The notes under the pieces are model-generated. The model was not told the origin of the DNA and searched no databases. It saw nothing but the letters and a program-made list of their open reading frames with translations. From NCBI RefSeq assembly GCF_006345805.1, contig NC_042998.1, forward strand, positions 101,184,001-101,248,000: a DNA stretch of 64,000 nucleotides. Reading direction: 5' to 3'. Positions within the stretch are counted from its first letter, which is position 1. Each line of letters begins with the position of its first letter. The position numbers were made by a program, and so were the translations under genes. Source of the stretch: Octopus sinensis (lineage: Eukaryota). Shown piece after piece: positions 52,425 to 64,000 of the stretch.

Positions 52425-53471
52425 CATATGTACGCCTAAGACATTGTACTTAAGGTCTTTTCTACTTAGCTGCAATGGAAAAATTTATCGTTGCTTGGCT
52501 CTAACCAATACTTCTATGACGAAAGGCAGTCCACCAAACTATCCTTTCTGTTATCCCGACACATTTTATCTGAGATTACATTATTCCATGTGACCCTGTA
52601 CCAACGGCTGCACTTTGTGATTTCTGGAAGATGTGGGTAATATTTATAACATATTGAGCAACTGCGTTGAGGATGTTTTGCTGATTTGGCGTGAACCAAG
52701 TACAACTGGTTTGTCAGTTACTGTAAGTAGAAAACTGTGCAGGAAAATATACCATTGTTTAAGAACTGGGTTGAGTTGTTCTCGAGGGATAAATGTTTCC
52801 GAGACAGATAGGTGCCCGTTCCAGAACTAAATGTGTCTATCACTTGATGCCATAGGAAAAAAAAACGGATACTTTAGAAAAAATAATAAAAATCAACGAG
52901 GAGACAGACAAATCATATTTTGTTTGCTACAATTCGAAATCTGAGTTATTGTATGCTATCAGAGATAAAATCTAAATTAAACATTTGTGATTTAATGGAA
53001 AAAAATACCCCGAAAAACTGAACAAGTAACGTCTCAGCACAATGTATCTTTTATTTATTTCTCCCGTTTTACATTCTTCAGTTGTGTTTGGAGAGAATCA
53101 ACAGATAAACGCAGTGGTCTTATATTTTACGGCATGCTAATAAAATATTTCTGCTCGGATTTATTTTTGTCTCCTTACAAGTTTTTATCTCTCGCTTATT
53201 CTTTTTTCGATAGTTTTAGATTATTTTTTGAATTATTGACAAATAGTTTTTGAAGTATTTATTGAATTAAACAGTTCTGATTCAGATATTTTTCATATGA
53301 GATGTTCCTAATATATGTAGAAATCCCTAATTGGAGTTAATACTACTGTTGGTATTTTAGAGTGACCGTAAAAACTGCTCCATTCTTTCAGAATGTTTGT
53401 TGTTTCGAAATTCAAATTAAGTTGCAATAGTATAAACATAACCACTAAGAGCAGCTGTTTTTCTTCTTCTT

Positions 53472-53544
<73 letters not shown>

Positions 53545-54792
53545 ATTATTCACATTTCTGACAACTATATATGGAAAAATGTATATTCATATATCCGTAT
53601 AATGAGGTACATTGATAATATATATATATATTCAGAGATATATTCACGTAATTATATAGGTATACGTATTATATACAAAATATATGGAGAGGATACCGAT
53701 TTTTATAGATATTTACGAACATACATATATAATGAAAAGAAGTACGTACTCATAGTAAATGGATGCATATGAAACTATACAATACATATTTTAAGCATAC
53801 ACGGATGCATATTTGCATATACTCACACAAACACGCACATGCAGACATGCATTAATGCTCATACACACATAAACACACACATACAATTTCACACAAAATA
53901 TAGATGCTCAATATAATTTATTATTTTAAAGCAACTTTAAAAATAACAATGGGACATTTATTGTCAGGAACGCCTTAATACTAGAGTAGCGTCATACTTA
54001 TTGTGGTTAAGTACTGACTACAAATTTCGCCTGAAGGCTTTTTCATAGACTATTTTTACTCTTTTCGGTCCAAAATAAGTTTTATCAGATTTATCAGATA
54101 AAGTTATTACAAAGAAGTAGATGTTTCATCGGATTTATTTGAAGAAGCTTTCAGATTTTTGTAATAAAATTTTTAGGAAGGCGTCCTCGTTGGTGTTGTA
54201 TGTTTTTTCACTGACAATGAGATTTTGACAACTTGCAACATAATCGGTATTAGTGTCTCTAGATTGGAGCTTTACTGTGTGAAAGGAGAGAAGGGAATGT
54301 AAATGTGATATCTACCAACATAATTATGCGAATATAACCCTGAATATATAAAATAATTTTATATATCATCTATGTACCTGAATATATACACATATATTTA
54401 AGTATATATGTATTTTTCTTTGAGTACAAATCAAGTTCTTCTTAAGAGAGTTGCTAACAAACGACAAGACTTTTTGAATAGAGAGAGTTCTCGGTGTTTG
54501 TAAATATGTGGTTGAGTTGGAGAGTTGGCTGAACTGTCGATGCATGCACTCAAGTGTTGCATCTATTCACAAAAGAATCTCAGATGGAGAATTTTTGGAA
54601 TGTCCTAAAAATCTGCTCTGTGCCACTAATAAATTAAATTCGTAGAATTCGCGTCAGTTTCTTTTGCTCTTTTTCCGTGAAAATCGTGTACTTCTAGGTT
54701 TTTGTGTACATTTCTTGATGCATAACCTAATGAATATATGTATGTATGTATGTATGTATGTGTGTGTGTGTATGTGTGTGTGTGTGTGTGTG

Positions 54793-54844
<52 letters not shown>

Positions 54845-57800
54845 CCTCTATCGATCTATCTATATGCACATATTTTTGCATATCTATATTTAAGACCGAG
54901 CCACACCCGTTGACAAAATTTTGCTTGCTGATAAATAAGAAAATCAGACAATTCTTCCCATCATTCCGTTCGTTAATATGAGCTATTTGTCTAAACTCAT
55001 TCTTTTAATCATAGAAATCATTCCCGGTTCCTATTTTATGCTGTATTTTAAGAGTTAGTCTTATTCATTTTTGTTTATCCTCAGTGGATCCCTAATTCGG
55101 GCAAACCTATTATGACCAGCTTTAACCATATTATGCATCGTTACTTTTGTCAAGAAAGTAGAATTTATCTGAGAGCAATTTAGTTGCTGTTCCTCGCAGG
55201 AGTTCCCACATCAACTCATACAACTATATGTTTTTATTATTCAATGATGACAAAATGCGAACACTTTTTTCTTCTCATCTCTTGAAAAAAACTGAGTTGG
55301 ACGAAATATTATACAATGTATTTGTGATTACAATGAGTTATAATCAGCTGAGTGGATCGACTGAAATATCAATGGTTTCTATGACACTCAGCTTTCAAAC
55401 ACAAAAAAATAAGAAGTTTATATCCATGTGACGTGATATGTATACAATAACGTTTCGATCAAAGCTCTTTGTCGAAGAATAAATGCATTACAAATAGATT
55501 CTTGTTTACATATGCCTGGCAATTTGAATGGCAATTCTGTAATGATATATTCCATGTAGTTGCAAAGAGATACCATGAAATATGACATTTCCTATTCGTA
55601 AATAGCAACAGCAGCAGTAGTGATAGAGGTGTATAATTAATTAGCATTTTGTCTGCGTACTGTATTAAAATCAATGTTATCGTGCACACTCATTGTTATT
55701 CATGTAAGATGGTTAGTCTAGGCAGTTGCTGGCTCTTATTTGAAATATAGCTTTTCATATTTCGACAGAAAAAAAAATGTTTTTAATCCATCATGAAAAA
55801 CCGTCTTTATAAAACAGAATGGATGCAATAAATACATATTAATGTTTGGGATATGGCAGAAATGTATAGAAAAAATCTAGTATTTTTGTGATGCAAACAT
55901 TGTCCAAATGACATTGAGGCTATATAAGTCTGGGATTGAACATCAGATATAACCATAAAGGTTATATTAAATTGCTGGTTTCGATTTAATTGACAGTATT
56001 CTTTCCCTATAACATACTGGCAGATTCTATTAACCGATGCGGGAGCCTCTGCGTAGACGCCAGACATACTAGAAATAGCTACCAAATTTTCGTTAGATCA
56101 CAAAGGTATTGCGGGAGTTGACGTCGAGAATGAAATAAAATTTCTATTATTCTAATCTAGTTTTTTGTGTACCAAATCCTTGTCAAGGGATAGGTGAAAA
56201 ACAATAAAGCTTGGAAGTAAATAACTGATCGTATTTAGTTTCGTTCTTCACCTTTAGTTCTTTTACGATAGTGACCGTGACCTTTCTGTAGAATTTCCGA
56301 GAAAACTGGAGAAAGCTCTGGCTACCTCAGACTGGAGACTATATTCAAATGTTTTCAACTGAGCTGTCTCAGAGTTCAAGTACTGATGCCAAACATGCTT
56401 GATCATGTCTGCCACCCATTTAAATCTACCACCAAAATGTCATTGAAGATATCCTTAATTTTTATGTTCAGTATCGTTAAATGTAATACAAGTAAAATAA
56501 CGGGTCGATTCAGAAGACGAATTTGAGTCTGAATAAAATTAAACATTAGGCTGAACATGATAAAGTTTCAACGAAAATCTTTAGAGTCTTTATAGACTTG
56601 GGCTGGCAATGAAAATGTGATAGGTGTGAAATGCTGGCTTTTATTTGGCACCAAGGCATGTTCCAGACATGACCATTTACTCTCTTTCTTTTCAGGCATA
56701 ATGTATCTATGGCTATGTTTTTAATCTATAATTTTTGAGCTCAATAAATAATGGCTATGATAGAATTAGGTGCCATTTCTAACATGTCGAGTGACGTGTA
56801 GAGAGCCCCTGGTTGTTTTATGAGATATGCTGCTGCGTGGTAGAGAAAATTATTGTCAGTTAAACCAATTCCAATATATTATTGATAATATTTTATCGAA
56901 GCCGAAAAGGATGAAAGTCCACATCGATTCTTGTAGGATTGAATTTCAAACAAGCAAATAACAAAAGAAGAAATCCTTTGTATTCTTCCATGTTTTCAGA
57001 TAGATGAAATTGGACAGCAGTTATAACATTTTTCAAGGTTTCGAAGTAGTAAAGAGAAGAAAGGAAGAACTTATGAGATCGGAGACATAGCCCGACTACC
57101 TAACACAAAAGGATATGTGGGAGATTTAAACCAGGCGATGAATTAAGTCTATCATCTCAGAACAGATATAACAAATTATTTACAATTCTGAACATCTGGC
57201 TAAGATAAGACCCTGAAAAAAAAAAGGTTAAGGATTAACAGATAAATTGTAATTAAACATTGACGTAACCAATTGTTCTTGATTACAAGATTGTCTTCTG
57301 TAAATGTGAGAATCTCGTTTAATAAAAATGTAGTTTGTCATTAAGGAACTGATATAAAACTTTAGTTTAGCCGTCTCACGCAAACATCTGATTACGTTTA
57401 TAAATTATGATCGATTGACCGGCTCGTTGTTACAATGAACTCATTAGAAGTTTTTGGAAAGAACTGCGGAAAAATCGATTGCTTCGGAAGAGAGTGATCT
57501 TAGATAATTGCACCACTAAATACCTCTATTAACGCTTTCAGACACAAAAACTACATGAATACACACAGACACACACAGACAGACACACACACAGACACAC
57601 ACACACACAGACAAACAGACACACACACAGACACACACGCAAACACGCATGTAACTCTTTCTTGCACGCGCATACACGTGTTTTCTATGACTTTCTTCTC
57701 CTTTTTATCTCTCTCACACATAGTGAATTACAATAGAATTATAACGAGATCATAGTAATCACTGCGGGACGTCTGTGGAAAAATTCATAGTTCTAGTTCT

Positions 57801-57986
57801 TATCGATAAAAAGTATCAAAAATTAAATATATTTATAAAATTCATGAAAGGAAGAAATATTTCTTTAAGATGCATTATAGATTTTAAAGCAAAAAATAAT
57901 CAGCCTTATACATACGTATTGCAATCCTGCATACATACGTATATATACGTCTACATACATACATATCTATATTTATCTATCTGTCA

Positions 57987-58049
<63 letters not shown>

Positions 58050-58261
58050 ATATATTTCATGTTTGGATTAACTATATATATATAAATATATACATATACA
58101 CATTTATGCACACATATAAATATTAGAATTTAATCGTTCGATTTTTCTCTCTAAAATAATTGGCCCATGAAATCTCTCAGTTGCAACGCAGAAAAATCAA
58201 TGAACAGAAGTAATACATACATACATGCATACATACATACATACATACATACATACATACA

Positions 58262-58328
<67 letters not shown>

Positions 58329-58407
58329 TATATATACATGCATCACTCTGTCTCTCTATTATATATATATGTATATATATGTGTATATATATGTATAAAT
58401 ATATATG

Positions 58408-58464
<57 letters not shown>

Positions 58465-58609
58465 ATATATATATGTATATTGTATCAGAAGAACTTGTGG
58501 CGTAATAAATCTATAATTGACTCTTTTCGTGCTGAGTTCCATATCAGATAACAGTTTTAATCAAACTTTAACATACCCACACATTCAGACACAGACCCAT
58601 CCACGCACG

Positions 58610-58649
<40 letters not shown>

Positions 58650-58903
58650 TGTATATAATATATATATATATATATATCTATATATATATATATATATATA
58701 TTATATATGTATCCGAATATATACGCACACACTCATAAATATGTGTGTGTGCGCATACGTGTCTGTGCTTCCCCTCTGTGTCTCTGTGTGGTTCAAATTA
58801 TGCAATAGAATCAGGTGTATAATGTAAACCGCGCAGCCTCTGGCTTTTAAACAACACACATATTGATAATGTTTATGTGTGTATATATTGTATATATATA
58901 ATA

Positions 58904-58941
<38 letters not shown>

Positions 58942-59043
58942 ATATAATATAAATGAATATATATATATATGATATATATGCGTATATACATACATATATG
59001 TACATACTTACATATACATGTATGTATATATATATGTATATAT

Positions 59044-59304
59044 GTGTACAGGACGTCGCAAAATGTAAACAACATGAAATACGCAGGTAAACATAGCTAT
59101 TCGAACTCTCATATTGTCGTTAATTGCTCGAAATGTGGAGCAGATGAACAACCGACAAATGATGAGGAGGCGTCCTTTATGTTACTTGTCTTGTTTTCCA
59201 TTTGTTTCTCTCTTTGTTCTCATACCCAAGTTTGTCTATCGTATTTCATGTTCTTTACGTATTTCGTAATTCATGTTGTTTACGTTTTGTGACGTCCTGC
59301 ACCC
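59044..59304. mobile_element. Non-autonomous element in (TA)n with ~40 bp inverted ends (probably Penelope-derived)
   Basis: GTACAGGACGTCGCAAAATGTAAACAACATGAA at left and TTCATGTTGTTTACGTTTTGTGACGTCCTGCAC at right. Interior is homologous to 9583-9780 (minus). Confidence 0.65.
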
Positions 59305-59350
59305 ATATATGCATATATATATATATATAATATATATATATATATATTAT

Positions 59351-59393
<43 letters not shown>

Positions 59394-59420
59394 CATATAT
59401 ATATAATATATATAATACAG

Positions 59421-59467
<47 letters not shown>

Positions 59468-59489
59468 CATTAAAAAAAAATTTTTTAAT

Positions 59490-62400
59490 TTTATCTACTT
59501 TCAGCTCACGAGCTGTGGCCATGCTGGGGCACCGCCATTTGGTGTTGCTACATGATTTTACTTCACGAATGCTTTTAGAAACTGCCATTTGGTGCACGAG
59601 AGAGTTCGATGCAGCTGCCCTCATCTGCACCTCCTGCCGTGAAGTTGGTTCATCTGGGACACCTGACAGGAAGAGACCCAGTCCCACTTTAAAGACATCT
59701 GCATCCACTCCATGCAGGTCCCTCAGGTTCTTCGGGAGGATATTGAAGAGCTCTGGGCCTCTGAAGCCCAGGCTATCACAGTATCTTGTCCTACATCTTG
59801 ATGGCAAATTTGGAGTCCTTGGCACCACGCAGTGGTGCCCAGTTCTGGCATTTGTGTAACTCTCGATGCCAAAGTTTGGGACAAGTCCTTCTAGGATCTT
59901 CCAGACGTATATTATGGCATATCTTTCTCGCCTACGCTCTAAGGAATAGAGTATTAATCTCTTGAGTCTTTCCCAGTAGCTTATATGCTGCACAGAGGCT
60001 ATCTTCTTCGTGTAGCTTCGTTGGATCGCCTCAAGTTCTGTGATCAACTTGACACTGGATGGTGACCATAGCTGAGAGCAATAGTCAAAGTGGCTTAGGA
60101 CAAGTGTCCTCCAGAAGACCAGCATGGTTTCTTGGTCTCTTGTTTTAAAGGTTCTAAGAATCCATCCGGCCAGCCACCTACATTTCATTACCAATTTAGC
60201 AACATGTACATGAAAGGTTGCGTCATCACTCATCTAAATACCCAGGTCACGCACTGATTGTGCCTCTGGGATTGCAATCCCTTCAGGTCCAGTGTATTCA
60301 TTGGGTATTGCATTTAGTTTTGCATGCTGATAACATAAAACTTGAAACTTTTCAGCATTGAACTGCATGCTATTCTTTTCAGCCCACTTGTATATTTTGT
60401 CCAGCTCACATTGCAGGTGCTTAGTGTCTTCAGGGTTCTGTATTGCCTGTGAAACTTTTGTATCATCTGCATAACTTGTGATCGTGGCTCTCTGCGTGGC
60501 TGAGGGCATGTCTGAGAGGGCCATTATGAACAGTAGTGGTCCCAAAACAGTGCCCTGCGGAACACCGCTCACTATTTGCATGTTGATGGAAGTGGCCCCA
60601 TTGGCTACTACCACCTGACTTCTATCCTTCAGAAAGTCATGAAGCCATTCTCCCAAATTTCCAACTATGCCAAGATCACGCAGTTTGTGACATATCATTC
60701 CATGATCGACTTTATCAAAGGCCTTTGTAAAGTCGAGATATATCACTTCCACCTTTGAGTGGTTGAGCAGTCGTTTCAGCACCCAGTCATAGTGTTGTAG
60801 GAGCTGAGTTCAGCAGCTTCTTTCTGGTCGGAAACCATGTTGGGTGTCAGGCAGCAAGTCATTTTCTTCAAGGAAGGTGATTAGGTTCCTTCTGACTATT
60901 CGTTCCATGACCTTGCTGATGTGTGAGGTCAGAGAGATAGGTCTGTAGTTCCTGGCCTCCGCTCTGCTTCCTCCTTTATGAATAGGGCATATTTTACCTT
61001 CCTTCAGTTTTCTTGGAAGTTTGCCAGTTGCAAGGAAGCTCTGAAAGAGGAACTGCAGTGGTCTTGCTAGGATTCTCTTACATACTTTAAGAAGGATTGC
61101 TGGGAATCCATCGGGGCCAGTAGCTGAGTTTGTTTTCATTTCATGTATAGCCTTTATTACATCTTCTTCCTTTGTATTGATGTAATCAATCATCGCTGCC
61201 TCTGATTTTATATCTGCAGTGGTAAAGAAGTCAGTTGGATTGCTGACTTGGAAATGCCCAAGGGGTGGAGTGAAAACACTCTTGAATTGCTCATTTAGTA
61301 TTTCACTTACCCTCATTGGATTTCCTGTGAGTGTGCCATCCTTTTCACGGAGTGGCCCTATCCTACAGTGCACCGTAGCTGTTTCTTTGGCATACCTGTA
61401 GAAAGCTCTGGGGTTAGATTTTATGTTGTCTATAGCCCAGGCTTCTTTGTCTTCTCTTTCCTTTTCATGGGAGAGTTGCAGACATTTTTCAATTTCCAAC
61501 AGATTTATTTTCAGGCGGGACTTTTCACTGCTTTCAATTTGTTTGTTTAGGCGATTTGAAACTTTTGTACGCCGTCTCATTAGAATTTTCCTCTCTCTGG
61601 GGATTTTGTTCTTGTGTACAGTGGCCTTTCTCTCTGGGACACATTTGTAGCATATGGCTTGCATTACAGACATTCAGGCCAGTTTTGTTTGAGGATCTCT
61701 TTCTCAATTTGTTTCCAGTTTGCCTTATGGAAGTTCAAGCTGGAAAGATTCTGAGAGTTTCTAGTAGGCTGCATGTCCATGCTTTCCTTTGGCCCGTACA
61801 TGGTCAGCTCTAACATGTTGTGATCCGAGAGTAATGTCGGTGTCACTTTCACATTATGGATGAGATCCATACTATTTGTGAAGCAGAGATCCAGTATGTT
61901 ACCTGCCCTGGTTGGTTGGAGTATTACTTGCTCCATGTACAGGGTGTTGATGAGGTTCAGGAGGGACCTCGCCTGTCCTCGTTCACATCGTGTCATTCCT
62001 GGGAGAGAAAGGCCCTCGGGCCATCTGACATTGGGTAGATTGAAGTCTCCCATAAGAAGTACACTTATGTGTTGTTCTAATGTGACTAGAACTTCTTCTA
62101 TTTTTATAAGGCAGTCTTCAAACTTGCCTACATGGCTTAGGGCATCTGGAGGGCGATATGTAGTACACACAACTACACGAAGTTGCCTTATATGTACAAT
62201 TAGTGTGTCACACACCGAGTTTGAGTATGACAAAAGGATCTGGGGTGTGAGGTCCTCACGGATGTACATAGCAACTCCTCCATGACTCCTTTCTTTTCTG
62301 TCGGTCCGTAGTACAACATACTGTGGTATGTGTAATTCCGCATCTGCTATGTCCGGTTTCAGGTGTGTTTCCGTAAGTGCTATGCATAAGGCTTGATTCC

Positions 62401-62782
62401 ATGCAACAAAGTCTCTGAAGAACGGGATTTTTGTCCTATTACTGAGTGTTAGCAGTCCTCTGATGTTCAGTAGGAGCATCGAGGTGAGGTGTATGCTGTT
62501 GCCGGCGGTGTCCACCTTGGGTCTATTTGCTGTAGCTGTCTTGTGTATTGTGGATAGTCCCATCTGCGAGTTTGAGTTTGATGGAGCCAGGTTAGCTGCT
62601 GTACAATCTTTTGTGCCATGCACAAAAAAGATTCTTGTTCAGCAGCTGCCCTTTCAATAACAAGTTGGCGGTTTGTAGCACGCACCACATCTGCGTACCT
62701 CCGTTTTGGGGCAGGTGGTGCGTGGTCCATTCCTTTTCCTTTTGGTAGTTGGTTTCTGACCTGTTTCGTGTTTATATATACA
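59490..62782 (-). mobile_element. CR1/L2-group non-LTR retrotransposon, 5'-truncated (ORF1 C-terminal remnant plus APE-RT ORF2 with two frameshifts and one in-frame stop)
   Basis: 61664-62623 is APE (LLNIRGL, LTETHL, RSHGGVAMY, YRPP, MGDFNLP, GNILDLCF, SDHNML). 60810-61673 has ATGPDGFP, NYRPISLTSHISKVMERIV, QHGFR. 60234-60782 has YLDFTKAFDKVDH, SGVPQGTVLGPLLF, YADDTK, RDLGI. 59457-60233 has HFDYCSQLWSP and LERRRERYAIIYVWKILEGL. An in-frame TAG lies at 60234-60236. ORF1-like remnant at 62467-62782. Confidence 0.95.
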
Positions 62783-63829
62783 TATATATGTAAGTATGTA
62801 CATGTATGTATGTGTATATGCATATATATTATATATATATATATATATAATATATTATATATATATATAATATATATAATATAATATATATACTATTAAT
62901 GTTATTATATGATTGAACGCAACGCATCCATTTCCAAGGAAGTTTATATATATATATAGATATACATATATGCATATATGTATATATGTACATATACTTC
63001 CACACAGTCACATTATATACAAATGTATACACGTATAAACAAATACACCTAGACACACACTCACTCACACAAACACACGCACAAACGCATACCCACACAT
63101 ATGATGTAGATATATGTAGGTGTACATTTATACATGTAGATAAGTAAGTGTGAGCTTATGTCTATGAACAAAATACTTATATAGGGCATTTATAATATAT
63201 AAATACTTATAGAAGGCCTAACATATAAAGTTTCTATAGAATTTGTAAATATCGAGGTATAAGCTATTATTACTAAAATGACGAATAAATGGGAAAATAT
63301 GAGAACAAACCTCATACTGATAATGAAAAATTATAGCTTTATCAAGCCCACACATTTTTTATGATAAAAAAATAAATGCCTGTTTTTTTCTCTTATATGA
63401 TTTAAAAGTGACTATTTCCCAAATTCAATGCCAGCATTTCACACGTGATTACGAACGGGCTCATGACGATACACATCTATAGAAGGCTTACAATTCAATT
63501 GACGAAATTTTATATGTGGTGTGAAGTGACTTACTATTTTTTCTGTCATATCAAATCAATATTAATGTTTGTTATTATAAGCACTATTTACAGCGATTAT
63601 TTTTAGTCATCAGGAAGAACGAAGTTTTAATCTTTCACAAATGACAGTTTTATAATTCCGAATCTTAAAAACATTTGTTCGAGTGATAGACTGGCGGAAT
63701 CGTTTAGTGCTGCGAAAAAATAGCTTAGGATATTTAGTCTTGATCTTTATGTTCAGAATTCAAATCACGCCAAGATCAAAATTGTCCTTCTGCAAGTTGA
63801 TAGAAATAATGATTTCAAATTTTGGCACA

Positions 63830-64000
63830 GGTACAGCAATTTCGAGACAAGGGGTATGTCGATTACACCAACCTCAGTATTCAAATGGTACTTATTTTAT
63901 CTATGAAAAGATGAAAGGCTAAGTAGACCTCGGCAGAATTTGAACTCAGAACGTAAGACCGGACGAAATGTCGCTAAACATTTCGCCCTGCGTGCTAATG
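63830..64000 (-). mobile_element. SINE of the same family (runs off the window), opposite a + strand partial copy at ~63700-63800
   Basis: GACCTCGGCAGAATTTGAACTCAGAACGTAA reverse core. Confidence 0.75.

Noticed and set aside
55800-56100. Possible DDE_1 transposase C-terminal remnant (VWD...ILNCWF)
   Set aside because: Only two short motifs amid stops, and the right part overlaps a dispersed non-coding repeat.

Overview
AT-rich, microsatellite-saturated eukaryotic DNA, intronic or intergenic. The SINE families and repeat style suggest an octopus (coleoid cephalopod); this is inference. No intact host gene can be supported, and most ORF-track entries are translations of (TA)n, (CA)n, (TATC)n or (TAA)n repeats. 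The real coding signal is all transposon-derived. It comprises a full-length but frameshifted RTE LINE (25865-29709, -), a near-complete CR1/L2-group LINE (59490-62782, -), two R4/Dong-type RLE LINE pieces inserted in (TAA)n (46638-47102 and 47151-49847, +), a Penelope GIY-YIG remnant (~11170-12050, +), RTE 3' ends with up to three C2H2 fingers, a degenerate Tigger/pogo transposase, older LINE fragments and many tRNA-derived SINEs. Best leads: (1) a (TAA)n locus with four stacked insertions, two of them copies of an unclassified ~540-560 bp apparently non-coding element found here only inside (TAA)n, a candidate non-autonomous partner of a sequence-specific R4/Dong LINE; (2) a minimal type I hammerhead ribozyme in a ~90 bp Penelope-type element, with degenerate relatives; (3) a CR1-group LINE whose 3' tail and hairpin match the dominant SINE tail with compensatory changes; (4) a 326 bp near-perfect palindrome beside the RTE 5' junction; (5) a duplicated exon-like 112 bp cassette.
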